Shown here one piece after another: positions 19,057 through 30,352 of a stretch of 64,000 nt of DNA. This stretch comes from Thermoplasmata archaeon (GTDB taxonomy: Archaea; Thermoplasmatota; Thermoplasmata; Thermoplasmatales; Thermoplasmataceae), in the NCBI GenBank assembly GCA_021802205.1, contig JAKAAT010000001.1, positions 36,986-100,985 on the forward strand, in the 5' to 3' direction. The notes under the pieces were generated by a model. That model was not told where the DNA came from, made no database searches, and saw nothing but the letters and a program-made list of their open reading frames with translations. The first letter of the stretch is position 1, and each line of letters opens with the position of its first letter. The position numbers and the translations under genes were made by a program.

Positions 19057-19569
19057 ATGTGGGACTACATCAATGAAATATTCGAGGGATACCCGGCTGA
19101 AATGAAGGTTATACAGAGAATGACAAAAATTGGAATATCAGTAAAAATATTATATGACGAGCCGAAGCTTTTCTGTGATGAAATAGAGATAAAGCCTAAC
19201 TCCATTGCAAGGGCGTACCATGTTGATAGAAGGGTAATTGTAAATCTTATTCAGAAAGTTATCAGCGATAAAAAACTTTATGAATTTTTCAGCAACCTTT
19301 CACCTGTTTCAAATTTTGAAAATTCAGGATCAAAGATTGGTTTTGGAGTTATAGAAATTATTCCAGTTGATGCCTCAAAACCAGGAATAATATCTGGGGT
19401 CATGAATATTCTTGCAACAAATAATATTTCCATTAGACAGGTAATTACAGATGACCCGGATCTCATAGACAATCCGAGGGCGATAATAGTAACAACTGAA
19501 GCTGTTACTGGTGCCATACTCAACGAAATAAAAAAGGTTAACGGAGTAAAAGCTGTTCTTTTACTTTAA
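19057..19569 (+). CDS. ACT-domain regulator of amino acid metabolism (archaeal COG2150-like)
   Basis: VDRRVI; C-terminal ACT (PGIISGV..ILA..NISIRQ...DDP). Confidence 0.8.
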   Translation: MWDYINEIFEGYPAEMKVIQRMTKIGISVKILYDEPKLFCDEIEIKPNSIARAYHVDRRVIVNLIQKVISDKKLYEFFSNLSPVSNFENSGSKIGFGVIEIIPVDASKPGIISGVMNILATNNISIRQVITDDPDLIDNPRAIIVTTEAVTGAILNEIKKVNGVKAVLLL

Positions 19570-20642
19570 ATGAAATTTTCCAGATTATCCCCGTATAATA
19601 TTTCCATTATTTCCTTTATTTTTTCCTGAACTTCTGAATATGTATCACCGTAAACGTTAACATGCCCCATCTTTCTCTTGCGCCTGACCTCATTTTTATG
19701 ATACCAGTATACGTTTGTTTTACCCAGTTCCAGGATTCTTGATATGTTTTCATTGATGCCTGTGCCTATAATGTTTACAATACCTGAGGGTACAAAAAGT
19801 TCAGGTCTTACAGTATCCATTCCTGATACTGCGAGTATATGCTCCTCAAACTGTGAAATCGAGCTTCCAGTCAGTGTGTGATGACCAGTATTGTGTACCC
19901 TGGGTGCATATTCATTTATTATTACATTACCATTCTTTACGTAGTATTCAATACCCATAACGCCTATATAATCAAGAGATTCCATGAGCCTTTTTGCTAT
20001 ATCAATCATTTCAAGTGTATTTTTTACAGGGGATATATTGTATATGAGAATGCCGTTCTGATTATAGTTAAAGGATGGCTCGAAATTGTAAAACTTTCCC
20101 TTTTGATCTCTAACAGCGATTATAGAAGCTTCATAATCGTAATCTATGAATTCCTCTATTACATATGGCATATCTGGGTGATTTTCATATTCTGTATCAG
20201 GATTTATATAATACTGGTTTTTCCCATCATACCCACCCATGCAACTTTTTATTACGGCTTTGTGGAATAATTTCGCCTTGCTGAATGCTTCTTTGTAGGT
20301 TTCAGCATATTTATAATCGGCTATGGGAAAATTATGCTCACTGAGAAATTTTTTTTCTAGTGACCTGTCTTTTTTTAGCTCAACCGCCTTCTTTGACGGG
20401 CGCAATTTACCCTGATCTTCTGCGTAATCAAGGATTTCACTGCTTATATGTTCGAATTCGTATGTAACATAATCACAGGCATCCACAAATTCCTTATATT
20501 CTGAAACATCGTAGAATTTATCAGCTATCTCTGAGGATGGCCCTCTATTATCATCTATTACATAAAATTCTATGGGATACCTCCGCATTGTGTTTATCAT
20601 CATGTATCCAAGCTGGCCTGAACCAATAATTCCTATTTTCAT
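19566..20642 (-). CDS. purK: N5-carboxyaminoimidazole ribonucleotide synthase
   Basis: [32 protein letters not shown]. Confidence 0.95.
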   Translation of the reverse strand: MKIGIIGSGQLGYMMINTMRRYPIEFYVIDDNRGPSSEIADKFYDVSEYKEFVDACDYVTYEFEHISSEILDYAEDQGKLRPSKKAVELKKDRSLEKKFLSEHNFPIADYKYAETYKEAFSKAKLFHKAVIKSCMGGYDGKNQYYINPDTEYENHPDMPYVIEEFIDYDYEASIIAVRDQKGKFYNFEPSFNYNQNGILIYNISPVKNTLEMIDIAKRLMESLDYIGVMGIEYYVKNGNVIINEYAPRVHNTGHHTLTGSSISQFEEHILAVSGMDTVRPELFVPSGIVNIIGTGINENISRILELGKTNVYWYHKNEVRRKRKMGHVNVYGDTYSEVQEKIKEIMEILYGDNLENFI

Positions 20643-21106
20643 AATTTATCACCAAGCACTGAATCCCTCTGCCTAGACACGAAGTCATCAAGCATTTCCC
20701 TGATCTTTGGATATTTTACTGACAGAATTCTAACGGCAAGCAAAGCCGCGTTTCTAGCTCCATTGATTGATACTGTTGCAACCGGCACCCCTGGGGGCAT
20801 CTGAACAATGGAGAGCAATGAATCCAGCCCATTAAGTGATTTTGACTGAACAGGAACACCTATTACTGGAAGTGTTGTCATAGCAGCCACCATACCGGGC
20901 AGATGTGCCGCTCCTCCTGCACCTGCTATTATTACCTCTATATTGTTCTTTATTGCATCATGTGCATACTGGAGCATAAACTCAGGTGTCCTGTGTGCCG
21001 AAACAATCCTGTATTCTACCTCAATACCAAAATTCTTTAATTCTTCCACAGCTGGCTCCATTACCGGAAAATCTGATTTACTCCCCATGATTACTGCCAC
21101 TTTCAT
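20639..21106 (-). CDS. purE: N5-CAIR mutase
   Basis: [35 protein letters not shown]. Confidence 0.97.
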   Translation of the reverse strand: MKVAVIMGSKSDFPVMEPAVEELKNFGIEVEYRIVSAHRTPEFMLQYAHDAIKNNIEVIIAGAGGAAHLPGMVAAMTTLPVIGVPVQSKSLNGLDSLLSIVQMPPGVPVATVSINGARNAALLAVRILSVKYPKIREMLDDFVSRQRDSVLGDKL

Positions 21107-21146
21107 AATGGATTATAGAAACGATATTTATAAAAATTTAGAAAAA

Positions 21147-22790
21147 CTAAAGAAAATAACTTTCATTTTTTAGTATATATTCCTTAATAGCTCTTCTTCC
21201 ACTCTTCATGGCCTCCAGAATATCATACTGATTTTTGTCATATAATTTTATATCGTATGAGTCAAGGTCCTTGAACTCAATACCCGCTTTTTCAGCTATT
21301 TTCCGGTATCCCGAAATTCTTGACCGTTCAAGTGAGTTTAAGGACCGATTGCTCATTATTACATGATTCCTGGCTGCGATAATTATGGCATCATCAAAGT
21401 ATCTATATATATTGGTATCCATAGTTATATCGCCATGATTCATAATATCTGGATAAACCCTGTCAGGTGTGCATATTATACCACTATCCTGTGATTCATA
21501 CCTCACCTCTACGTTATATCTCTTCAACATGGCCCTGTAATAATCAATCAATGGTATGAAATCTCTTTTTTTATATTCATCCATGATTTCATTGAACTGC
21601 CCACCCAGAGAGGATTTTTCATAAATTACAGGCTTTAATCCCAGTTTTACAGCATAAAGAGATGCTTCCAGCCCTTTTATGCCAGCACCGACTATGATAA
21701 TCTCTCCACGGTATTTGTGGCCATGGTATTCCGTTAACTCTAGACCAGTATATGGATTTACAGTGCATCTTACCTCGGCACTGGAAAGATTTCTGCATGC
21801 CTGATTGCATCTTATGCATGGCCTATAGGGAATTGTATTCTGAAGCTTGAATGGGGTATATGGATCAGCCAGTGCCTGCCTACCCAGTACAACAAAGTCT
21901 GATACATTTAGTGCCCTATCTATATCCCTGAGAGAATTTATGGAACCAACAAGCATAGTGTTTATATCAAGCCTTTTCCTGAGTTTTTCACCAATGTGTA
22001 AATGATCATAGTAGAACGATGCTGAAGAACCGGGAGGTGCGAATCTCCCTGCAGAGAAATGTACATAATCAATATTTTTTAATGCCAATGCAGTTTCTAT
22101 TCCATAGTCCGGACCATAGCCATCCTCATCATCCTCGTAGAGGCTTAATCTAATTCCAACTGGAATATCAACCTTTTTTCTTATCTTCGCTGTAATCTCA
22201 TTGATTATTCTAACTCTATTTTCAATGGTTCCACCATATTCATCGGTTCTGTGGTTCAGTGCAGGTGATATGAATTCCTGAAAGAGATACCCGTGTGCCC
22301 CATGCAGCTCTATGCCATCGAATCCCGCCCTGGCTGACAATTCCGCTGCATTGAGAAATTTTTCTTCAACATCCTTTACGTCATCAAGAGACATTTCATC
22401 CGGAATATTTCCCATATAATCAACACTGGATGGCGCGAATACATGACCTTTATTATAATGTGGATTTGCCTTTCCTCCTGCGTGGACAAGCTGCACAAAA
22501 ATCTTTGATCCTGATGCGTGAATGCTTTCTGTGAGCCTGGAAAGTTTTGGAATCTGCTCTTTCTTGAAAATACCCATCTCATTGGGAGACCCTTTCCCGT
22601 TGAAGGAATCCACGTACGCATACTCGGTTATAATAAGTCCGAAACCCCCTTTTGCGCGTTCTGTTAAATATGCTATATGATTATCGTTTGTGGTTCCGTC
22701 AATGTTGCATAAATTTGATATCATTGGTGCCATCACGAATCTGTTCTTAAGTTCAACGCCCCCTATTATGCCTTTATCAAATGGATCCAT
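21147..22790 (-). CDS. NADH:flavin oxidoreductase (Old Yellow Enzyme barrel plus FeS/FAD module)
   Basis: LKNRFVMAP, ELHGAHGYL, RTDEYGG, CIRCNQAC...CTVNP, VGAG..G. Confidence 0.9.
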   Translation of the reverse strand: MDPFDKGIIGGVELKNRFVMAPMISNLCNIDGTTNDNHIAYLTERAKGGFGLIITEYAYVDSFNGKGSPNEMGIFKKEQIPKLSRLTESIHASGSKIFVQLVHAGGKANPHYNKGHVFAPSSVDYMGNIPDEMSLDDVKDVEEKFLNAAELSARAGFDGIELHGAHGYLFQEFISPALNHRTDEYGGTIENRVRIINEITAKIRKKVDIPVGIRLSLYEDDEDGYGPDYGIETALALKNIDYVHFSAGRFAPPGSSASFYYDHLHIGEKLRKRLDINTMLVGSINSLRDIDRALNVSDFVVLGRQALADPYTPFKLQNTIPYRPCIRCNQACRNLSSAEVRCTVNPYTGLELTEYHGHKYRGEIIIVGAGIKGLEASLYAVKLGLKPVIYEKSSLGGQFNEIMDEYKKRDFIPLIDYYRAMLKRYNVEVRYESQDSGIICTPDRVYPDIMNHGDITMDTNIYRYFDDAIIIAARNHVIMSNRSLNSLERSRISGYRKIAEKAGIEFKDLDSYDIKLYDKNQYDILEAMKSGRRAIKEYILKNESYFL

Positions 22791-22854
22791 TATTCATTAG
22801 GGATATGTAAAAAATAAAGTTTTTGTGGATAAAAAATATTCAAAATTTTAAAAT

Positions 22855-23415
22855 TTAATTTATAATCACAGATGCACTCATGTTAAACGTGTGGCTACTC
22901 ATCTGAATATTATTAGAGAGATTGAAATCCGTTACCATGGATGTAGTAGCATGTGCTGAAACTGTGAGAGGATGGGCAAAGACCACAACTGCGAATGCAT
23001 GTGCAAGATGTAGGCTTACGCTAGTTGAGCTTGAAAAGTTAAGGAACCCTCCCTTTATATACACTGAAACACTTTTTATGTATATTTTCATCAAATTATA
23101 GCTACCTGCATGCACTGAGAGATTGGACAGGAAAGCTGCATCGCTTGCATTGATATCCATTATATTAACGGTTTTATCATGAAGTGAGTAATTTGTCCAT
23201 CCTGTGGAATTAGAAGATGCCTTATCAGAATGCAGTGCAATTGCACTGAATGTAACGTTTACATCCATAACTCCTGTAAGACTCGGGGGAGTATCTGCTG
23301 CACTTACTTTCAATGTGCCAGTGGTTTCATAATGATAGGCATAGTATCCCCCACCTGCAACAACTGCAACTATAATTACAATTACGATTACCGACATTAA
23401 CTTATTCGATTTCAT
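22855..23415 (-). CDS. Membrane-anchored surface protein (DUF4382-like)
   Basis: N-terminal TM, GTL.V...D.P, VNVTFS.I..H, DFNL. Confidence 0.65.
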   Translation of the reverse strand: MKSNKLMSVIVIVIIVAVVAGGGYYAYHYETTGTLKVSAADTPPSLTGVMDVNVTFSAIALHSDKASSNSTGWTNYSLHDKTVNIMDINASDAAFLSNLSVHAGSYNLMKIYIKSVSVYIKGGFLNFSSSTSVSLHLAHAFAVVVFAHPLTVSAHATTSMVTDFNLSNNIQMSSHTFNMSASVIIN

Positions 23416-23543
23416 AACCCATATTCAAAAAATTCATACTTAAAGTTTTGTAAATACTAAAACAGCTAAAACATTTTCATACCGGATAGTTAAGTTGATA
23501 TGACCATTGAAATTATTTAAATAGTTAGAGTAAATATTTATTT

Positions 23544-25001
23544 ATGAAATATAATGTAGCTACCAGTCATCCCTTAAGCTCACAGGCAGGTATTGAAGTG
23601 CTGGAAAAGGGTGGCAATGCTTATGATGCTATGCTTGCTGCCTCATCTACCCTCGTTGTTGTTCAACCACATCTCAATGGTCTTGGCGGAGATTTATTTG
23701 CAACCATCAATGATAATAAGTATTACTGTATAAATGCAAGTGGATACGCTCCTGAGAGGGCAAGCATAGATTTTTATGAACAGAGAGATTTTAAAGAAAT
23801 CCCTAGGAATGGACCTTTATCATCGTTTTCCATACCCGGACTTGTATCCTCTTGGATTATTGCAAATGAAAAGGCAAAACTTGGAATGAAAGAAGATTTT
23901 AAAAGGGCAATACAGTTTGCAAAAGATGGATTTGAACCTAGTAGAAAACTGGTTAAGGCAATCAATAGATTTGAAGGGGGAGATGAGGATTTCAACAACA
24001 TATATAAGGATACAGATAAATGGCTTGTGCAGAAAGACTTGGGTAATACATTAGAATTTCTTGTTAATAACGGACTGGAATACTTTTACAATGGCGAAAT
24101 AGCAGATATGATAGATAAGGATATGAAAGAGAAAGGGGGACTCATAACAAAAGGAGACCTTGCCAGATACAGTGCGGAAATAGTTAATCCTATCAGGGTA
24201 AAATACAGGGATTACGATATATATACAAATCCACCTGTAAGCCAGGGATTAACAGCAGCAGTATGGTTAAGGGATTTGAACAAATACGAACTTTCAGGCA
24301 TGGAACACCAGAAATATTATGATATACTCATAAAAACTATGTACGATGCATACAATATCAGAAAAAATTACATATATGACAGTGTCAAGTTACCTGAGAA
24401 CATCGATGATTTGAAACCGGATAATACCCATAATGGTAATGGTAAATCTGAACTGTCCGATACCACCGCGTATTCCATTTTCGATGGAGATATAGAAATC
24501 AGTGCCATACAGAGCAATTATATGGGATTTGGTTCTGGACATACGATTAAAGGCACAGGAATAAATATGAACAACAGAGGTAGTTATTTTTCACTGGATA
24601 GAAACAATAAAAATTCCTTAAAGCCTGGAAAGAAGACATTCCATACACTGATGAGCACACTGGTATCCGGTCCAAAGGATATTATTCTAGGAAGTATGGG
24701 TGGAGATGTACAGCCGCAGGTAAATGTTCAGATTCTTTCAAGAATTATAGATCTGGGTTCCGGAATGCAGGATGCAGTTGCCTATCCCAGGTTTGCGTAT
24801 CCCGCCTCAATTTATGGAGATTCAAAAATTTATTATGAGAGCGCACTGAGATTGGATCATTATGAACCGGTCGATGATCTAAATGATATGATGGGGCATG
24901 CACAGGGAATTACGGTAGATAAAGAAAGAGAAACTGAAAAAGGGATAGACCCGAGAGGAGATGGGCTTCTGCTTTATATGAAAGGAAAATACTTTACATG
25001 A
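23544..25001 (+). CDS. ggt: Gamma-glutamyltransferase family protein
   Basis: GGNAYDA, GLGGD, DTT nucleophile, NNRG, GSMGG, DPRGDG. Confidence 0.92.
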   Translation: MKYNVATSHPLSSQAGIEVLEKGGNAYDAMLAASSTLVVVQPHLNGLGGDLFATINDNKYYCINASGYAPERASIDFYEQRDFKEIPRNGPLSSFSIPGLVSSWIIANEKAKLGMKEDFKRAIQFAKDGFEPSRKLVKAINRFEGGDEDFNNIYKDTDKWLVQKDLGNTLEFLVNNGLEYFYNGEIADMIDKDMKEKGGLITKGDLARYSAEIVNPIRVKYRDYDIYTNPPVSQGLTAAVWLRDLNKYELSGMEHQKYYDILIKTMYDAYNIRKNYIYDSVKLPENIDDLKPDNTHNGNGKSELSDTTAYSIFDGDIEISAIQSNYMGFGSGHTIKGTGINMNNRGSYFSLDRNNKNSLKPGKKTFHTLMSTLVSGPKDIILGSMGGDVQPQVNVQILSRIIDLGSGMQDAVAYPRFAYPASIYGDSKIYYESALRLDHYEPVDDLNDMMGHAQGITVDKERETEKGIDPRGDGLLLYMKGKYFT

Positions 25002-25005
25002 AACC

Positions 25006-25242
25006 TTAACCGCCACTTACAGGAGGGAAAAAAGCTACTTTATCTCCATCTTTCAGTGGAAGCCCTGAATAGTATTCATTATTTACTGATATGAGAAGGT
25101 TGTTGATATTTCTGAGTTGGGGGTACATTGAAAAAATGGTTTCCAGGACTTCATCCATACTTCCACTATTTGTTTTCAAGGACTCCTCCATTTTTCCGGT
25201 AATATCCCTGACCCGGGCAAAATATAATACAGTTACCCTCAT
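25006..25242 (-). CDS. moaD: MoaD/SAMP ubiquitin-like sulfur carrier
   Basis: V.YFA, C-terminal PPVSGG; adjacent to moaA. Confidence 0.9.
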   Translation of the reverse strand: MRVTVLYFARVRDITGKMEESLKTNSGSMDEVLETIFSMYPQLRNINNLLISVNNEYYSGLPLKDGDKVAFFPPVSGG

Positions 25243-25245
25243 AAT

Positions 25246-26193
25246 TCATCTCCAGTATGGCACTCTAGCGCTTACAGCCTTCCTGTACACATTATCGATT
25301 TCTTCACTATTACCAAGCATATCCCTTATATTAAAATAGTCATTTTCACGGAGTAAACAGGTCTTAAATTGGCCGTCTGCTGTTACTCTCAATCTTGTAC
25401 AGTGCTTGCAAAAATCAGCATTTCTCATTGGCTTTACAAATTCTATTTTAACCCTGCCATAATCAGTATTAACAGTATATCTTTCTCTGTTATGAAGCGG
25501 ATTATACTCTATATCTTCTGCTTCCTTCCTGATTCTGTTTTCAATAGAATCTAGGGGTACGTGGTATTTCAGATATTCTTCGCTGTGCTCCTTATCCCTG
25601 TTTGCCTCGAATTCAATCAATTGCAGGATGCATCCATTGATGGCACAGAATTTTATCATACCGTCTACCTGATCCTCATTAATATTCTTCATCAGAACAA
25701 AATTTATTTTAATAGGAGCTAAACCTGCTTCCTTTGCCACCTCTATACCCTGCTTTACTATTGGCAGAAAATTCTTTTTTGTGTCTGTTATGAAATGAAA
25801 ATTATATTCATCTATGGCATGCATGGATATATTTACGCGGTCAAGCCCTGCTTTCTTTAAACCTTCTGCAAGTTTGCGCAGTTCAACACCGTTTGTTGTC
25901 AGTGATATATTGCCTGTTATATGTTTCCTGGTTCTTCGTACTATATCCAGTATATCCTCACGGAGAAGAGGCTCCCCACCAGTAAATTTAATTTTATTAA
26001 CACCATGGCTAGCAGCAACTGCAACAACGTTTTCTATCTGTTCCGGGGTCATATACTGCATACTTCTTTCTGTACCCTCCATATGGCAGAATATGCAGTT
26101 AAAATTGCATATGGCGTTTAGCTGAATTCTCAGGCTATTGACCGGTCTGTCGAATTTATCGTAAAGAAGTTCGGAATTCACGGGATTTAACAT
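25246..26193 (-). CDS. moaA: GTP 3',8-cyclase (radical SAM)
   Basis: CNFNCIFCH, TGGEP, FC..C.RLR...G..K.CL. Confidence 0.95.
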   Translation of the reverse strand: MLNPVNSELLYDKFDRPVNSLRIQLNAICNFNCIFCHMEGTERSMQYMTPEQIENVVAVAASHGVNKIKFTGGEPLLREDILDIVRRTRKHITGNISLTTNGVELRKLAEGLKKAGLDRVNISMHAIDEYNFHFITDTKKNFLPIVKQGIEVAKEAGLAPIKINFVLMKNINEDQVDGMIKFCAINGCILQLIEFEANRDKEHSEEYLKYHVPLDSIENRIRKEAEDIEYNPLHNRERYTVNTDYGRVKIEFVKPMRNADFCKHCTRLRVTADGQFKTCLLRENDYFNIRDMLGNSEEIDNVYRKAVSARVPYWR

Positions 26194-26272
26194 ATATACT
26201 CATATAGCAGGAACTCTATTTAAGCATTTCTTTAACATCTTTTTCAATAAATAGATAAATAATAATAATCAT

Positions 26273-26995
26273 CTAATCCTCTCTCCACCGTACCAGAATT
26301 CTCGCCAGTATTGCATATATGGTAGTTTCAACTATGAGTATATATATCATGATATTGAAATTTGGAGAAAGACCGAATGCCCCCTGTGCAATCACTGCAG
26401 CAGGAGTTGTCGGAGATAGTGCAATTATATAGAGGAAAAATTTCGGGACGTAGGTATATGGATAGAATGTTGGGGGCAGTATACTTGTTATAATTGTAAG
26501 TATGCCTGTTATTCCCCATATATTCCTGAGATGCTTTATTGATCCTGAAATAATAAAAGAAATTGAGGTAGTAGATATTATAAGCAAAAACATTATAAGT
26601 ACCATCATAAGAGAATCGTATACTGTAAAAAGATGGTATACAGTTCCAAGATAAATGTAAAGCACTATACCAGGAATAGAAAAAACAAGATAACTCATTG
26701 TAAATGCGGCCATATAGTCAAAGGGCGATACCTTACTGGGAACATATAAATCCTGTATACGCAATTGAAGCCTGAAAAATGCTGAATCACCGGCACCAGA
26801 AAGTCCAACTGATCCAACAAAGGCGATAAGGCCTCCGACTATTGCGAATTTGACCAGGGCACCATGACTCAAAACAAAGACTAGAAATAGCAATGTAAGA
26901 GGGGTTGCCAGTGATGCTATGAGGTATGATGGCCCACGGACTACGGTTTTGACCCCGTAATACCATGCCATTGCCAGTATAAACTTAAGATTCAA
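26273..26995 (-). CDS. ABC-2 type exporter permease
   Basis: About 6 TM, PPTFYP/SPTT motifs; overlaps the ATPase gene. Confidence 0.8.
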   Translation of the reverse strand: MNLKFILAMAWYYGVKTVVRGPSYLIASLATPLTLLFLVFVLSHGALVKFAIVGGLIAFVGSVGLSGAGDSAFFRLQLRIQDLYVPSKVSPFDYMAAFTMSYLVFSIPGIVLYIYLGTVYHLFTVYDSLMMVLIMFLLIISTTSISFIISGSIKHLRNIWGITGILTIITSILPPTFYPYTYVPKFFLYIIALSPTTPAAVIAQGAFGLSPNFNIMIYILIVETTIYAILARILVRWRED

Positions 26996-27824
26996 GATCT
27001 ACACCTCTTATTATAAATAAATCCTCTATTGTTATTTTTTTCAGAGAATAGTAAACGTCATCATAATCTTTAATACTATTTCTGCTCACGTATTTTATAT
27101 ACATATTTCCAACATGGTATGACCCGGACATGAAGTTTCTAGATTCTACTCTAACCTTATCCTGTAAATCCTGCAACAACTGATCAGCGGTTCCAGATCC
27201 GATAAATTTCCCCGAATCCATCATATAAATTTTTTCTGAGAGCTCTGTGGCTTCCTCCATATAATGTGTGGTTAATATCACATTTCCCGTGAGTTCCTTT
27301 ATTGCACTCCATGTTTCCATTCTTGACAGTGGATCAAGGCCGGTTGTGGGCTCGTCAAGAAAAACCGTCTCTGCATTTGAACCCAGTGCCATGGCAACGA
27401 ACATTTTCCGTTTCATGCCACCGGACAGTTCATCGGTTGGCACGTTCATTTTATCACCTAAGCCTACACTTTTCAATGCCCTTCTTGAATCTTCTTTTGC
27501 CGAATGGAATGAAAAACCCTTTCCTGTGAGATATAAGAACACCTGTTCATATGCAGTAAGTATGCCTATGGGAGCTGCTTCCTGTGGGATACTGACAATC
27601 CTTTCACGTATCTCTCTGGTATCCTGGTTTATACTTAGACCGTCTATCAATGCATCTCCAGAAGTTGCCTTCAACTGGGTTGAAAGTATCCTTAGCAGTG
27701 TTGTTTTACCTGCACCATTTTTACCAATAATTGAAACTATTCCATTATCTAAAGTCTGGGTAAGTGAATCCAGGGCTATCTGTTTTTTCCCATACTCCTT
27801 TGAAATTCCCTGTATCTGAATCAT
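26985..27824 (-). CDS. ABC exporter ATP-binding protein
   Basis: GKNGAGKTT, LSGGM, LDEPTTGLD, TTHYMEEA. Confidence 0.95.
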   Translation of the reverse strand: MIQIQGISKEYGKKQIALDSLTQTLDNGIVSIIGKNGAGKTTLLRILSTQLKATSGDALIDGLSINQDTREIRERIVSIPQEAAPIGILTAYEQVFLYLTGKGFSFHSAKEDSRRALKSVGLGDKMNVPTDELSGGMKRKMFVAMALGSNAETVFLDEPTTGLDPLSRMETWSAIKELTGNVILTTHYMEEATELSEKIYMMDSGKFIGSGTADQLLQDLQDKVRVESRNFMSGSYHVGNMYIKYVSRNSIKDYDDVYYSLKKITIEDLFIIRGVDLES

Positions 27825-28003
27825 CTGGCATCATGAATTCAATGCATATATATTTTAATATAAGAGATAAAAATTAACAAATATTGTTGTATTGGCTTAT
27901 GAGTCACATTTACCCTGGAACTGCATTCATAATTTCCCTTTAATGGGCACTTATGTTTTCTGCCTATTCCGAACATTCAGAAGCCTGTATAGCTTTTATA
28001 AAT

Positions 28004-28435
28004 TTATTGGCGATTTATCCCATTGCTATTCTGATAATTCCCGGACCTTGTGGCATAGTTTTTCTCTGGACTACTTATTTCATAAAAGACTATCTGTACA
28101 AATTTCAGGCCTGAATGAATTTGAAGGGAGTTTCCGAAATTATAAAATGCCATGGTCAGATTTCCAGAAAATCCTGCATCCACGAAACCGAATGAAGAAA
28201 ATATTCCATGTCTTGCATATCTGGACTTTATATAAAGCGATGCTACAATGTTATTAGGAAGATCCAGTTTTTCGAAGCTAGAAATAAAAAATAATTGATT
28301 CCTCTCCACTGTATCCACTGTATGTTCCCCTACTCTAAGATCGTATCCATTCGGAGTGAGGCAATCAGGATTATAGTTACCTGATATGAGTTGCTGTTTT
28401 TCTACGTAATATAATATTTCCTTATCATTTAACAT
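28004..28435 (-). CDS. dcd: dCTP deaminase/trimeric dUTPase family protein
   Basis: PNGYDLRV, KSRYARHG, VDAGFSG.LT, QIVF, GNYQ. Confidence 0.8.
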   Translation of the reverse strand: MLNDKEILYYVEKQQLISGNYNPDCLTPNGYDLRVGEHTVDTVERNQLFFISSFEKLDLPNNIVASLYIKSRYARHGIFSSFGFVDAGFSGNLTMAFYNFGNSLQIHSGLKFVQIVFYEISSPEKNYATRSGNYQNSNGINRQ

Positions 28436-29774
28436 GCATCTGAATATTATATCTATTAATTATTTTTATTATTAATGGATAAAGAATAAGTGCCAAGAGA
28501 AACGAAATATAATAGCTTATATCCACTCCACCGAGATATAATTTTGATATAATGCCTTCATAGATTATTCCCGGGTCCATAAATGGAATGGAGGCAGCAA
28601 GTGCTAGAAAGTAAGAGAATATTCCTGCATTGTTGAATCCTGGTATGGATTTAAAATTGAATGCTCTATGTTTATTCACAATGAAAAAGTCTGCAATCAT
28701 TATGCCCAGCCAGGGTGTTATCCAGTAATCAAGCAAAAAGAGGAAATCCTCGTAGAATGCATAAAATTTTGTATAGAGAACCATGGAAAGTAGTACTGCA
28801 ATTATAATTCCGGCCAGTACAGTATATATTCTTTTCATCCTGATACCGGTGCTTTTCAGTGAGATTGAATTAGAATAGAGATTTATGGCATCTGCAGCTA
28901 TACCGCCAAGGAATATTGCAGATAAGCCTATAATACCGTAGGGACCCAGAACATCCTTCAGGTCGCTGGCCGGATTTCCCGAAGGATTCACAGACATTAT
29001 TGCAATCAAAAGCCCGGCAAGTTCAGCCCAGACCGTGGCAAGTAAACCGCCACTGAAAGTGTATATAAAGGAATTTTTCGTCTTATTGTAACGGGAATAA
29101 TCGGCTGCGTATGGGCCCCACGACATCAGGTATGAAAAAGATGTGGCAAGAGTAATGCCGAATGCTATGCCAAAACCGAAAGAAACAGGTTTATATGCAT
29201 ATATCTCGCTTGTATGAAAGCCTGCATTGATTACTATGAAAATGAAGAGTAAACCGAGCACAAATGACATGGTCTTTTCAAAGTATGAGATAGTTTTTCT
29301 TCCAGAATTTGATATGAGGAATATTATCAACCCCATTATTAGTATAGAAATTTCGTAGTAGGGAATATGAAATGCAAGTGAAAATGCAAAGGATGCCAGT
29401 ATAAGATTGACCGTAAGCCAGCCTAGGGTATTGAGCCACTGAAGGCCAGTCATGAATATGCCGAAGTGTTTTCCGAATGCCCTTCTACCAAGTACCATCT
29501 GGGGCAACCCTGTAAGTGTTCCGGTTTTGGACATGAGGCCTACCAGCAATGAACCCATGATACTTCCAAGTACCATTGAAAAAACAGCCATTTGAATGCT
29601 GAGACCCAGCAATACAGGAATAAAACCTATGGCAAAATCACCGATGGTAAGGTTAGAAGCGAACCAGATGGCAAAAAGCTCTGAAGAATTATTTTTCCGC
29701 ATGCCCTCTGGAACAGGGTCAAATTCGTCGAATGCGTATTTTGAATTAACAATTTGACTCTTCTCAAAATGCAC
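28425..29774 (-). CDS. Purine-cytosine permease (NCS1 family)
   Basis: WF.SN, G..TGLPQMV..R.AFG, SWGPYAADYSRY, about 12 TM. Confidence 0.9.
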   Translation of the reverse strand: MHFEKSQIVNSKYAFDEFDPVPEGMRKNNSSELFAIWFASNLTIGDFAIGFIPVLLGLSIQMAVFSMVLGSIMGSLLVGLMSKTGTLTGLPQMVLGRRAFGKHFGIFMTGLQWLNTLGWLTVNLILASFAFSLAFHIPYYEISILIMGLIIFLISNSGRKTISYFEKTMSFVLGLLFIFIVINAGFHTSEIYAYKPVSFGFGIAFGITLATSFSYLMSWGPYAADYSRYNKTKNSFIYTFSGGLLATVWAELAGLLIAIMSVNPSGNPASDLKDVLGPYGIIGLSAIFLGGIAADAINLYSNSISLKSTGIRMKRIYTVLAGIIIAVLLSMVLYTKFYAFYEDFLFLLDYWITPWLGIMIADFFIVNKHRAFNFKSIPGFNNAGIFSYFLALAASIPFMDPGIIYEGIISKLYLGGVDISYYISFLLALILYPLIIKIINRYNIQMHVK

Positions 29775-29872
29775 AGAAAGTATATACGAAATAGGATAAT
29801 TAGTTTTTCCACAGAAGGATCAATGCTACATGATTCAATAAATTTAAATTCTAATTCTTATATTGAGTTTTA

Positions 29873-30352
29873 ATGAATGATATCTCGAGAAAAATTGAAG
29901 CTATACTTTATTCGTCCAGGGAGCCACTGAAGGCATCTGAAATATCCGAATATCTCGGGATCAGTACCTCCGAATTCAGCAGGGCGATAAAGGAGATATC
30001 CCGGACCTATGAAGAAATTAACAGCTCTTTAAAGGTAGGTCAGTTCGGAAACAGTTATAAAATAAAACTAAGTGAGGATATGGTTCCATTTGTGGACCCT
30101 TTTATTGAGAAGGAATTTAATGAAAAACAGCTTGCTATGTTGTCCTATATTTTTAAAATGAATGGAGAAGCCATATCAGGGGATTTAAGAGAAAATTTCG
30201 GTTATGATTATAAGGAAGACCTGGAAAAATTAAAAAAGGGTGGAATGGTGTCCGCAAGGAAATACAGGAATACACATAAATATAAGGTCACGACAGAATT
30301 CCACCGTAAATTTAATATTAACAAGAGGACATTACGTGCAGAAGAACAATGA
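29873..30352 (+). CDS. scpB: SMC-Scp complex subunit ScpB-like
   Basis: IEAILY...EPL, C-terminal Y..T.EF...F winged-helix signature. Confidence 0.78.
   Translation: MNDISRKIEAILYSSREPLKASEISEYLGISTSEFSRAIKEISRTYEEINSSLKVGQFGNSYKIKLSEDMVPFVDPFIEKEFNEKQLAMLSYIFKMNGEAISGDLRENFGYDYKEDLEKLKKGGMVSARKYRNTHKYKVTTEFHRKFNINKRTLRAEEQ

Noticed and set aside
26273-27824. ABC exporter as the dedicated toxin exporter
   Set aside because: It lies 15 kb from the array among housekeeping genes and has no peptidase domain; the precursor has its own signal peptide.
27892-28257. 121-aa plus-strand ORF
   Set aside because: Overlaps dcd antisense, TTG start, no recognisable features.
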